Below the pieces are notes generated by a model. It searched no databases. It saw only the letters and a program-made list of their open reading frames with translations, and had not been told where the DNA came from. This document shows positions 14,771 through 27,754 of a DNA stretch of 64,000 nucleotides, piece by piece. Source of the DNA: Camelus ferus (lineage: Eukaryota); the NCBI RefSeq assembly GCF_009834535.1, contig NC_045696.1:120592001-120656000 (forward strand), in the 5' to 3' direction. The translations under genes and the position numbers were made by a program. Position 1 is the stretch's first letter, and each line of letters opens with the position of its first letter.

Positions 14771-15238
14771 AATACTGCCACGATGATGTCAACATCGTGG
14801 AGGAGTGAGACACTCCCTTCGACTCTCCCCTTCAATCTACAGCCGGGAAAACATGCACAACACAACAACGGTGCCTCTGCACAACGCACTAGAGCAGGAG
14901 AATTCCACACATGTACATCTAGAGGTGGGCAGACTGGAACAGTGAGAGGAGGAGGAACCTAAGGCACACAGCAGGTATTGACTGCAATCCTGTAACCTCT
15001 GCCCAATACTGCCACGATGATGTCAACATCGTGGAGGAGTGAGACACTCCCTTCGACTCTCCCCTTCAATCTACAGCCGGGAAAACATGCACAACACAAC
15101 AATGTTGCCTCTGCACAACGCACTAGAGCAGGAGAATTCCACACATGTACATCTAGAGGTGGGCAGACTGGAACAGTGAGAGGAGGAGGAACCTAAGGCA
15201 CACAGCAGGTATTGACTGCAATCCTGTAACCTCTGCCC
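14771..15238. repeat. Tandem duplication, 2 x 234 bp
   Basis: 14771-15004 vs 15005-15238; by eye only two substitutions (aacggtg vs aatgttg); also seen as near-identical ORFs 14668..14910 and 14959..15144. Confidence 0.95.
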
Positions 15239-18200
15239 ACAGTAGCTGAGCCTAGAGCCCCAGAGAACCTGGCAGCAGCAGGGGAGGTGGCACACACGCT
15301 GGCCTCCCCCACAGCACCACCTGCACCCACAGGTAACTGGGTATCAGCAGTGGTGGGGGCTGGGACACCATCCCTCCAGCCACAGAGGCACCAACAGGTC
15401 TAGCACCCCACGCCCCTACCCGCAGCAGCAAAGCCCTCACACCCTACAACACCAGTCACAGCAAAGATGCCCACATGGCTCCAACTCCACCCCATCCTCC
15501 CCCCATCCTCATGGGGTACTGGAATTGGCAGGAGAGCCCACCAACCTGGGGCCCCAGGCAACGATGCCAGCAACACTGGCAGCAGCAAAGCACCAACACC
15601 AGGCACACAAGAAGCAAAAGTCAGGTCAACGGGGCAACACCTCTAACAGAGGCAGTAGAGGGTGGAAACTGCAGACTCTCATATATAACCAGACGCAGCT
15701 CAGGTAAAAGAAATGTTGAAAAACTTGTGCTATATCGCCACCTACTGGAAAACAAGGAGAAAAACCTCTAACTGCCAACCTGTTGAATCACTAGAATCAA
15801 GTAGAGAGCTATTTACTACTCAAAAGGGACTAGCGGAGAAACAATTCATCAGCACCATGAAGAACCACAGTAACATTGTGCCACACAAGAGGAATGACAG
15901 TGATACTGACATCAGAGAATCCCAAACAGCTGTCACAAAGAAGCTCTAGGAGCTACAAGAAAACCCAAAGACACTTCAGGAATAAAAAAAATCAATGAAC
16001 AGAAGTTAACACTTTACCAAAGAAGACTGAAACCCTAAAAATGAAGCAAACAAATTCCAGAGCTGAAGAAATCAATAAACGATTTGAAAAACGCATTAGA
16101 AAGCACTGGAGGGTAACCACAAATCAAAAGCATACAACAGAGTCACAAAAACCAAAAAGAAACCAAGACAATAAAAAAGAAAATTATCAAACCAGAAAAA
16201 GAAAAAGAAACAAAGCGGAAATACCAAATCAACTGGAAAACTAAGTTCAAAATGGCAATAAACACACATCTATCAATAACTGCCATAAATGTCAATGGAC
16301 TAAATGCTCCAATCAAAAGGCAGAAATAATAAAACAAGAACCTACAATATGCTGCATACAAGAGACCCATGTTAGGGAGAAGGACACACACAAACTGAAA
16401 GTGAGAAGATGGAAAAAGATATTTTATGCAAATGGAAACAAGAAAGTAGGAGTAGCAATACTGATTTCAGACAAAATAGACTTTAAAACAAAGGCCATAA
16501 AGAGAGATAAAGGACACTGTATAACGATCAAAGGAGCAATACAAGATGAGGATATTACACTTGTTAACATATATGCACCCAATATGGAAGCACCTAAATA
16601 CGTAAAGCAAATAATGAAAAAAAAAGGGAGAAATTGATGAGAACACAATCATAGTAGGATACTTTAACACGCCATTAGTATCAATGGATAGGTCTACCAG
16701 ACAAAAAATCAGTAAGACAATGGAGACACTAAATGATACAACAGAACAGTTAGACTTGGTTGATATTTTTAGGACATTATAACAAAAAAAAAAGAATATA
16801 CGTTCTTTTCGAGTGCATATGGAATATTCTCTAGGACAGACTATGTACTTGGGCACAAAAGAAGCCTCAAGAAATTTAAGAAGGTAGAAATTACTTCCAC
16901 CATCTTTTCTGACCACAATGCTGTGAAACTAGAAAGAAACCACAGAAAAACACAGGAGAAAAAAAGCCTGGAGATTAAACATGCTATGAAAAAAACCAAT
17001 GAGTCAATGACGAAACCAAAAAAATTTAAAAAATACTTTGAGACAAACGACAATGAAAACATAACCACACAAAGTCTATGGGATGTAGCAAAAGCAGTCC
17101 TAAGACAGCAATTCCTCAAAAAAGAGGAAGTCTCAAGTAAACAACCTAACATATCACCTAAAATAATTAGAAAAAGAAGAGCAAACAAAACAAAAAGTCA
17201 GCAGAAGGAAGGAAACAATAAAGATCAGGGAGAAAATAAATAAAATAGAGCTAAAAAAAAAAAACCAACAGAAAAAGTCAATCAAACCAAGAGCTGGTTT
17301 TTTGAAAGAGTAATAAACAAAACTGACAAACCTCTGGCCAGGCTCACCAAGAAGAGAGAGCACAAATAAACAAAACAAGAAAGGAAAATGGAGAAATTAC
17401 AATCAATACGACAGAAATACAAAAAAAAAAGAGACAGAGAGAGAATACTACAAACAACTATATGGAAACAAACTGGACAACCTAGAAGAAATGGGCAAGT
17501 TTCTGGAAACATACAGTCTGCCAAGACTGAATCAAGAAGAAACAGACCACATAAACAGATCGATCACTAGAAATGAAATAGAATTAGCAATAAAAAATCT
17601 CCCTGCAAACAAAAGTCTAGAATCAGATGGCTTCACTGGGGAATTCTAACAAACATACAAAGAAGAACTCATAACGATCCTTCTCAAAACTCACCCAAAG
17701 GACCAAAAAAGAGGGAGTACACCCAAATTCATTATATGAAGCCACCATCACCCTAATACCAAAACCAGACAAAGACACTACCAAAAAAGAAAATTACAGG
17801 CTAGTATCACTGATGAATATAGATGCAAAAATCCTCAACAAAACATTAGCAAACAGAATCCAACAGGACATAAAAAAGATCATATACCATGATCAAGTTA
17901 GGTTCATCCCAGGAACACAAGGATGGTTCAACAGACACAAATCAATTAACATGATACACCACATCCACAAAAGGACAGAAATCACATGATCATATCAATA
18001 GATGCAGAAAAAGCATCTGATAAAATTCAACACACATTAATGATAAAAACCCTTACCAAAGTAGGCATAGAGGGAACATCTCTTAAGACAATAAAAGCTA
18101 TTTATGGCAAACACACAGCCAGCACAATACTCAACAGTGAAAAACTAAAAGACCGCCTCCTAAAATCTAGAACAAGACAAGGATGCCCACTCTCACCACT

Positions 18201-21200
18201 CCTATTCAATACAGTATTGGAAGTCCTAGTCACAGCAATCAGGCAAGAAAAAAGAAAAGGGATCCAAACTGGAAGAGAAGAGGTAAAACTGTCACTATAT
18301 GCAGATGACATGATACTACATATAGAAAACCCTAAAAGCACCACACAAAACTACTAGAGCTGATAAAAGAATATAGCAAGATAACAGGAAACAAAGATTA
18401 ACAGACAAAAATCAATTGCATTCCTTTACACTAACAATAACTTAGAATGAAAAAAAAAGTAAACAATCCCTTTTAAAACTGCATTCAAAAAGATAAAATA
18501 CTTAGGAATAAATCTGATCAAGGAGGTGAAAGACTTACACGGGAAGAACTACAAAACACTGACTAAGGACATGAAAGATGACTTAAAGAAATGGAAAGAT
18601 TATCCCATGCTCCTGGATTGGAAGAATTAATATCATTAAAATGGCCATAATGCCCAAAGCAATCTACAGATTCAGTGTGATCCATATCAAATTATCCAGG
18701 ACATATTTCAGAGAACTAGAAAAATCCTAACATTTATACGCAATCACAAAAGACCCAGAATTGCCAAAGCATTACTGAAGAGAAAGAATGAAGCTGGAGG
18801 AATAATCCTCCCAGATTTCAGACAATACTACAGAGCTACAGTAATCAAAACAGCATGGTACTGGTACAAAAACAGATATATGGATCAATGGAATAGAAGG
18901 AGCCCAGAAATAAACCCACAAACTTTTGGTCAATTAATCTTTGACAAAGGAGGTTAAGAACATACAATGTAGTAAAGACAGTGTCTTTAGCAAATGGTGT
19001 AGGGAAAACTGGACCACTGCATGTAAATCAATGAAGTTAGAATACTCCCTCATACCATACACAAAAATCAACCCAAAATGGCTTGAAGACTTAAATGTAA
19101 GACAAGACACTATAAACCTCTTAGAAGAAAACATAGGCAAAAAGAAAGAGAAATAAGATATTTTTAAAATGAGGAATTCCACAAGAGCTTTCAGACTCTT
19201 TAGGAAGGGCAACATTAGGGTAACAAACATTTAGGAAGGAAAAGAGAGGACGAAGGGAACAGTTTATTTAAAGAAATAAGAGCTGAGAACTTCCCAAGCC
19301 TGGAGAAGGAACCAGATGTACAATTCTGTGAAGCTAAGACAGCACCTCATTACCTCAATGCAAGAAGACCTTCTCCAAGACACATTATATTAAAATTGTC
19401 AAAAGTCAATGACAAAGAATTTTAAAGGCAGGCAGGCAAAAGGATGGTAACTTACAGAGGACCCCCTACCCCTGCCTTAGGCGACCAGCATATTTCTCAG
19501 CAGAAACTCTACAGGCCAGGAGGGAGTGGAATGACATTCTCTAAGCACTGAGATAAAAACTGTCACCCAAAAATGATCTCTACAGCAAAGTTATCGTTCA
19601 AATGTGAAGGAGAAATAAAGACTTTCCCAGACAAACAAAAGCTGAAGCAGTTCAGCAGCACTAGACCTGTCTTACAAGAAATGCTGCACGGACTCTGCTA
19701 CCAGAAACAAGAGGTGAAGGTACACAAACTCTGAGGAAGGTGATAAATAGAATCAGAAAATCACAACTCTTTATGAAAACAGGTTCTTATTACAGCATAA
19801 ATTTTACTTTACTTGTCATTTTACTAAAATTACATTTTATTACAGCATAAACGTAAAAGGGGGGGAGCAGAAAAAAATAACTGTAGCTATTTCAATTTGG
19901 TAACAAACTCACAACATAAAAAAGGAGCATTTGAGACAACAAGAGTACAAACAGGGAAGAGGAAAAGGGCAGAATCCACACAGGTAAATGAGGACGCCAT
20001 CAGCAGAACAAGGACCATTCTACCTATGAGATGTTTGACACAAACCGCATGGTAACCACAAAAAATAAATCTAGAGCAGAGACAGGAAACATAAAAACAA
20101 TGAGGAAACAGAAAAACAACATAGAAAACCACCAAACCAAAACGGCAAAGAGAAACACGGGGGAAAAGTAACAACAGAGATGTAGAGCAACCGGAAAACA
20201 AAAGAGTAAATAGCAGGACTGGTCCCTCATCTGTCAACAGTCATTAAGTTAAGTTAATCAGTGATTTAGATGGACTGACTTCACCAATCAGAAGACACAC
20301 TGTGGCTGGATGGGTTAAAAACAAGGCCCAACTGTGTGCTGCCTCCAGGAGTCTCACCTCAGCTGTAAAGACACACACAGGCTCAAAGTGAAAAGACAGA
20401 AGATGCTGCCCCAAGTTACAGCCTAAAGAAAGTAGGTGTAGCCACACTCCCACCAGATAAAACAGACTTCAAGCCGAAAAAGGTAACAAAAGACAAAGAT
20501 GGACAGTATATAATTATAAAGGGGACAATTCATCATGAAGACATAACAGTTAATAAACATATACCTAACATAGGGGCACCAAAATATTCAAAACAATTAT
20601 TAAGAGACCTAAAGGGAAAAACTGACAGCAACACCATGATAGTAGGGAACTTTAACACCCCACTTACATCGATGGATAGATCACCCAGACAGAAACAAAC
20701 CCCTGCATGTGGATAATTAATGTGAACAGACAATGGAGAAAGGATAGTTTCTCCAATAGTTGGTGTTGAGAAAACTGGACAACTACATGCAAAAAAAATG
20801 AAACTAGACCCTATCTCACACCACACACAAAAATCAACACAAAATGGATTTAACCCTTAAATGTAAGACCTGAAACCGTACAACCACTGAAGAAAACATA
20901 AGCAGTACGCTCCCCGACATCAGTCTTAGGTCTTTCCAGGTAAGTCTTTCTAGGTAAGTCTCCTCAGACAAGAGAAACAAAAGCAAAGGTAAACAACTGG
21001 AAAGACACTAAACTAAAAAGATTTTGCACAGCAAAAGAAACAATCGACAAAACAAAAAGATGACCTATTGAATGGGAGAAGATATTTGCAAATTATATCC
21101 CTAAAAGGTTAATATCCAATATATGCAAAGAAATTATTTCAAAAAACAAACAATCTGATCAAAAAATGAACTGAAGACCAAAATAGACATTTTTCCTAAG

Positions 21201-22036
21201 ATACAGAGATGGCCAACATGCACAAAAAAGGTGCTCAATATCACTAATCAGAAAAATGCAAATCTAAACTACAATGACATATCACCTCATACCTGTTAGA
21301 ATGGCTGTGATCAAAAGACAAGAAGTAACAAGTGTTGGTGAGGATGTGGAGAAAACGGAACCCTCATACACTGTTGGCGGGAACGTAAATTGCTGCAGCC
21401 ACTATGGAAAACGGTATGGAACTTCCTCAAAATATTAAGAATAGAACTACCAAAAGATCCAGCTATTTCATTTCTGGGTATTTATCCAAAGAATACAAAA
21501 ATGTTAATTCAAAAAGACACATGCACCCCTATGTTCATCATGGCATTACTTACAATAGTCAAGATATGGGAACAACCTAGGTGCCCTCCACTGGATGAAA
21601 GGATAAAGAGGATGTGGTAGAAATATATAATGGAATATTACTCAGCCATAAAGTAAGATGAAATCTTGCCATTTGCAACACAAATGGACCTTGAGGGTAT
21701 TATGCTAAGTTAAACATATCAGAGAAAGATACCATATGATTTCACTGATATGTGGAATATAAAGAAACAATAAGTAAATAAATAAACAAATCAAACCAAA
21801 CAAAAACAAGCACATAAAGAGGAAAGAGTTGCAGACACCAGACGAGGAGGGAGGAGGGAAAAAAAATGGGTGAAGAGGACCAAGTGACTGATGGTGGGGA
21901 GAAACCGCATTTCTGGTGGTGAGCATGCTGTAGTGTGCAGGGAACGAGAAACAGACGCTGTGCACATGAAACTTACATGTTATAAACCAATGTTACCTCG
22001 ATAAAAAATAAATCTGAAAAATAAATGATCAAAAAA
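14782..22036 (+). mobile_element. Originally full-length older L1 (element A) in intron 7, antisense to PIK3R4; interrupted and internally deleted
   Basis: 5' end gatgatgtcaacatcgtgg; ORF1 start ~15857; ORF1 resumes ~19141; ORF2 endonuclease ~20210-20695; ORF2 C-terminus ([17 protein letters not shown]); 3'UTR and A tail; degenerate TSD aatactgccac (14771) / aatactgttac (22037). Confidence 0.85.
16111..19140 (+). mobile_element. Second L1 (element B: inter-ORF region + most of ORF2, frameshifted) nested inside ORF1 of element A
   Basis: ORF2 start atggcaataaac at 16251; EN motifs (GVAILISDKIDFK, NIYAPN), RT motifs ([20 protein letters not shown]); stops abruptly at gaagaaaacataggcaa. Confidence 0.88.
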
Positions 22037-22299
22037 AATACTGTTACATGCTAATGTTACTTATATAAACAGGCGAAGAAGAAAAAAATTGTTCAAGATA
22101 CCCATCTCCAAAGTTCTGCCATTTCCAATTCTTCCAGGTACACATGGAGGAGACTACAGTTATTTCATAAACACCCTGCAGCCTCTGATACAGCCAACAA
22201 GGGAGGGCTGGTAGCTTCCCTGACAACAGGACTGGAAAAACACTGACAACCCTCCAAAAAGAAACTGAACTCAAATGGCCTGGCAGGATCAGGGCCCTT

Positions 22300-22660
22300 T
22301 ATGTTACCCAGGTTACACAAGCACACACCCACCTTGTGCTCAGGGTGTCCAGAGGGTACCTCCCTGCCCCCTGATTTCATGGCAGTCACATCCCCTACTC
22401 TAGCCAACAGAGTGTTAGCAGGTGTAACACAGAGAAGCCTGAAGCCAGGCTTCTGCCATCACCCAGAATGTAACCTGGGCAGCCACTGCCCTGCCAACCT
22501 GAGCGCCAGAACAAGACACATAAATCACAGTCACCACAGACACGTAGGAGATACAAAGCCTAAAGCTCACAGATGCATGATGAGAACCTTCTGGAAGCAT
22601 TTACCGGGATTCTGTGCTTGACTGCTGCACAGCAGTGTTGTATCAGGAAATCACTAACTG
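22300..22660. mobile_element. Old MaLR (MLT1-type) LTR
   Basis: tccctgccccctga...ggcagtcacat...ctctagccaacagagtgttagcaggtgtaac pattern; subfamily uncertain. Confidence 0.5.
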
Positions 22661-24736
22661 ATATGAAGGACCTCAAACACTCAAATAAAAAGAAACCAGA
22701 ATTGAGAGATCTCCTATAGAACATCCAGTATACTTCCAATTATCTGGGGACAAGCGCAGGAAAGGTGTGTTTGCGTGATAGCTAAGTGGGCTGAGTGTAG
22801 CTTTCATCAGGATTACCACCACCACCACGAACACAATTCCCCTGAAGAATCAGCCCAAGAGATAACCACGCACCATTTAAAGACAATGGAGGGTGTGCAA
22901 AGTTTGTCATCAGCTTTAAGCAGGTAAGTGTTCTAAGCTACTAAAAACTTTCTTCTTTTAAACAGTTCAAGATGCTAACAAATGACTGACTGATTTTTCC
23001 CAGCAAGGCTTTCCCCCCTCACTGCAAAGCTGGTACAAATTCAGTTCCAGTTCTAAGGGAGTTTACTATCCAAAAAGTTGGACCACATTGGATTTATTCT
23101 ACACCTAAAGATAATAATAATTTATTTTGATGCTAAACTCAAGATACAAGAGTACCCCACATGTTCACCCGATGACCAATGACTAGAAACAGCAGGATGC
23201 AGAAAAACCTCTGCAAAATTTGAGGAGAGGTGCAAAACTAGCTTTTACCACTTTTGCTTAAAAACTGATAGACATCCATTTCGCAGATAAAGAAAATGCT
23301 AATTATAAGCTATATTAAATCTCAAAAAAACTCCCAAATATCCAGGCAACAGAAGGACTGTATTACATGAAATCAGAGTATACAGGCACATATTTATACA
23401 CAGAGGACATTAATTAGAACGAAGAAGATCAAAGTCAAAAGCAAGAAAAACTCTACCCTTGGGAGGTAATGCCACTTTCATGAGAGAAAAAAGAAAGCAC
23501 TGATGTGAGAATTCAGAAAATGAGAATGAGCAGGAAAATATTCCAGGCAGCAAGATACACACGTTAAGATGGTACATTTTCTCTTCAGTATTATTAAGAA
23601 AACAGATCTTTCTACAACCGCCTTAACTACAAATGACCAGAAATTCAAAAACCACTCTAACATCTTTTGTCTTATTATAATATTAGTAATTTTTGTTTCC
23701 CAAGCTGTCACCTCTCTAAAAAGCTGGGGGGAAAAAGAGACGACACCCTCAAGATTCAACACTCTGTAACTTAACACAAAAAATCAAAAGCATTTCAGTG
23801 TAATGGAGATTTTCATCATGATTATGTTGCCAATACTCAGAACTTTTCTATCGAGTTTGTAATTATTTTTAACATAATCATCAAAAAAGTCAAACCAAAC
23901 TAGAGATATAAATTAAAAAAAAGGTTACAGCTATTGGAGTGCAAAATAAGAAACCTACATACACTCAAATTTCCATAAATATTTTTCTTTTAAAAAGCTA
24001 CATTCATGCCTTAAAAACTTCCACAAATTTTATACCTCTACTATCTAAACATGTAATTTCTCAACAATCAAAATAAATTATAACTCCTCTGTCTTTCTTC
24101 TCTGAGGAGTGCTTCAAGAAAAACCTACCAACCAAGTCTAACTAATTTGATCTTTCTACTAATTTTCCTTGGCAAAACATTTAGCAGCAATAAAGTATTT
24201 TATCTAAAAAGGCAATTTTCTAAGATTTCATGTCCTCTCAGTCAAAGCCAATCTGCAATCTTATACTGGTTACTTTCTTCAGATGAAGCTTCTGATATTC
24301 TTAACTTTACAACGTGCCACGTTTACTTGTTTGCTCTTATCTGAATTTTAAGTTTATGGACATAGATAAGTGTCATAAAGATCAGGGAATTCATTCCTTT
24401 CATTGGTTAACAAAATTACCAACAGTAGTAACTTCAATACCATGAATTCTTAACTGGTAATCAGCACAGTGACGGAAGTGAGAGACATTCCTCCACACCC
24501 AGTTTCAACCCAACCAACAGTCAAGTGTCTGAAAACATAAGTTGACTCGTCATAGCAGTTAAATACTTTATCCACATTGCGTTTAAAAAACAAAAACATT
24601 TTTCAAGAATTTTTCAAGAATCACCATTTTTCAAGAATCACCAAGACATGACTACAGATTAAAACAAAGATCTATTTCCCAAACAGGGCTTGAGGGCCAG
24701 TGCCCTTGTCTGCCTGTGTCACTCTCATGGATAAAG

Positions 24737-24797
24737 CACACGTGCACAGGCACGCACACGGGTGAGTGCACGCGCACATGCACACACACACACACAC
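24737..24797. repeat. (CA)n/(CACG)-type alternating purine-pyrimidine tract
   Basis: gcacacgtgcacaggcacgcacacgg...gcacgcgcacatgcacacacacacacacac. Confidence 0.9.
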
Positions 24798-24922
24798 CAG
24801 GGACAGCACAGTTGAAAATCTGACTCTTGATGGCCTAGAAATTTTACAATGCCCTAGCAGCTATTATTTCCCTTACTACTTTCCAAGTTTTCCCATCCTA
24901 ATTTTGAGAACCAGAAACTTAC

Positions 24923-25096
24923 CAATATCACTGGCAAATTCATAGACATGGGGTTTCTGAAGCAGCCCTAACTGGCACATACAGGTAAGGGCATTCAGAG
25001 CTTTCACAATAACAAACTCCTCGGCGTCACTGAGCCCTTGCTGCAGCAGGGGTTTGAGGATCGAGGAGCTCTGCCAGCCAACGTAGGCAGCAACAC
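24923..25096 (-). CDS. PIK3R4: PIK3R4 coding exon 7 (HEAT region)
   Basis: ctgttccag|GTGTT acceptor, TTG|gtaagt donor; 174 nt; (G)[57 protein letters not shown]. Confidence 0.95.
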
Positions 25097-25169
25097 CTGG
25101 AACAGAGGAGCACCATTAGGTGATTATTCCATACCTCCAAGTGCAAATGCTGTTAAGTCAAACAATAAA

Positions 25170-27740
25170 GTTAATCAAATGCCAGATATATTGAGTGACA
25201 ATCCAGGAGGGTACACTGCACTTCCTACCCAGAACAGTAAAGGAAAAAGACCCACACCAAACCGAATCATCAAGAAATTCTGGAACACCAAGGGGGAAAA
25301 AATCCTGTGAACTGAAAGAAAAATACAGATCCCCCCAAAAAGGAAGGAGAATCAGACTGGCATGAAATGAACCTCAGCAACAATGGAGGCCAGAGAACAA
25401 CAGGGAAGCCCTTCATAGTTATGGAAGAAAGTTTTTATCACAACTGTCAATAAAATAAGAAAACAAAAGTAAGTCATTTTGAGACACGCAAGGACTATAC
25501 AGGTTTACCTCCTAAACAAAGATTTCCAAAAAAATTTCTTAAGGACGTACTTTAGCAAAATAAAGAAAATGTAGAATGCACAAAATGGCAGATACAACCA
25601 GGAATTCAAGGGGAAGAAAAGGATACAGCTAGTAAAGACCCAGAGATCAATCAGCCCAAATAAGAACTAAAAGCCAATAAACGTCAATATGTTACCAAGA
25701 AGAAAAATGGAACAGATTAAAAGAATAGACAAAACTGGTAAGAAAGAAGCTAGATTATCATAGGTAAGTTGAAGAAGATATAATACTTTTCTCTCTAAAA
25801 GGAAAACAAAGAAAGCTGCAACTCTAGGACAAATAAATTGTTCAAGAAAGTCATGGTATAAAAATGAAATTAAAACATGCTATGTATTTAGTAATTTGCA
25901 GAGGATAGAAAGAATTCATTGGCCATGTTGCTATAAACATTCTCATCAAGTGAAAAAGGAGTCATGGCATTAGAACTAGGGTGAAGCAAATATACAGTGC
26001 ACTACTTGGCTCTAAAGTCAATAAAATGCACCCATTCGTAGTCATGTAAATTGTTCTGAATTTTCAGAATCAGTCTATACGAAGCACAAAAGACTTTACT
26101 ACGATTACAGAACAAAATGTAAGTATTATCAACTATGAAAATGCAAATGTAAGTGGAACTGTCAACTAACAATTAGTTGAATTATCAACCAACAAAAGTA
26201 GAGAAAGAGAAAAGAGAGAAGAGAGAGAGAAAGAGAGAGAGAGGCATTAAATTCCTTAGAGTCTGAATCCGAAGTAGATCAGTAAGAAACAGGTTTAATT
26301 ATTTAAAGTTACAAAAACACAAACTAAAAACTGAAGCACTGTGAATATAGTGATCTACAACTCAAAACAGGGAAGGGAAGGAAAGGCAGATGATATGAGT
26401 GAGTTAAATCTTCATCTGGCACAGAAAAAAGTCAAGGGATAAAGTATAAAACTTATCTGATAATCCTAAAAATAGTCATATGAAAATACTGTTTAGAGAT
26501 ATGGCAAAAATCACCTGAAGATACCAAACCAAAATCAAAAACCAGAGTAGGTACCTCTGGAAAGTGCAACTATTGTCTTTCATACATTACTTCATAAATT
26601 TTGAATGTGCAAAAGCGTATTTCCCCTTATCTGAAAAATAATTTTAGAATTTTTTGTAATAAAAAGAAAAATGCTATTTAAAATTCCAGTGGATTATATT
26701 TAGAAACTTTATAAACTGAAATGTATAATGAGCTAAAATAGTTCAAAATATTTTGCAAAAGAAGACTGACATCTCGGAAGCTTATCCTACCGGATACTAA
26801 AGTTGCTTATAAATATCCAATAATTAAAATACAATATAGCTATAAAAATACAGTACTGCATATAGAAATGAAAAATCAATGGAATAGGATACCAAGAAAA
26901 CTGACTCTAAAAGACATGCATGCAACAGATGATAATAGAGGCTTCATAAATCAATGGAAAAAATAAATGAAATGTTTAGTAATTTAATACTGGGAAAACT
27001 GATTATATTTCCAAGAAAAATTTATATTTCACCTCATACCACAGCCTAAAATAAAGATCAATTACACAGTTCCTATTTTTATGTAAAAACAAACAAACAA
27101 ACAAAAATGACATGTACCCAGAATATTATAAACCTAATTCTGGAATGGGAAAAAAATTTAAGCACAAAATTAAAAGAAAAAAAATCACAAAGGAAAAGAT
27201 CAAATAAATTGACAACACTAAAATTATTTTAAAAGACATACAAATAATAATCAAGTTATTTGAGAGAAGCAGTTGCCATAAAAATAATAAAAAGCTATTG
27301 TTTTTCATGTTATATATAAAAGGCTTTAAAAAATCAACAAGAAAAGCTTAACACGATCAAAAAAGGGGCCAAAATAATACATTAAAAAATCAGAGTAGGA
27401 AACATGAATGAGTAATCAACAAGAGAAAGTTTTTCACCTTCACTGATAAGCAAATAAATATATATGAAAACAAGTTATCACTTTAACCTACCACCAGGCA
27501 AAGACTAACTGAAGCCTAGTCCACACCAGAAGGCTGTGTGGTGCTGTCAAACAGTGCTGATCAGAGTAGACAACGACATGATCTTTCTGAAAACCTTATC
27601 AAATGTGTCAATTTTTAAAAAATATGCATATTCTTTAACTCAGTAGTTAACATTTCAGACTTCTAGCCTGAGAAAATAATCAGAAGCAAATACTTATGTA
27701 AATGATTATCTGTATAATATATGATAGACAAAAAGTAATT
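25170..27740 (+). mobile_element. Highly decayed ancient L1 fragments, including a (GA)-rich polypurine tract at ~26200-26244
   Basis: ORF1-like (gaatcagactggcatg...cagcaacaatggaggccagagaacaa) and ORF2-like (cttatcctaccggatactaaag, cacctcataccacag) remnants in very A-rich sequence. Confidence 0.55.
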
Positions 27741-27754
27741 AAAATATTCAAAAG

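Noticed and set aside
14771..15238. Mouse-like L1 promoter monomer array
   Set aside because: The repeat unit includes the target-site duplication and is far less diverged than the element, so it arose after insertion.
16251..19140. Active L1 ORF2
   Set aside because: Broken into many short ORFs by stops and frameshifts, and lacks the C-terminus.
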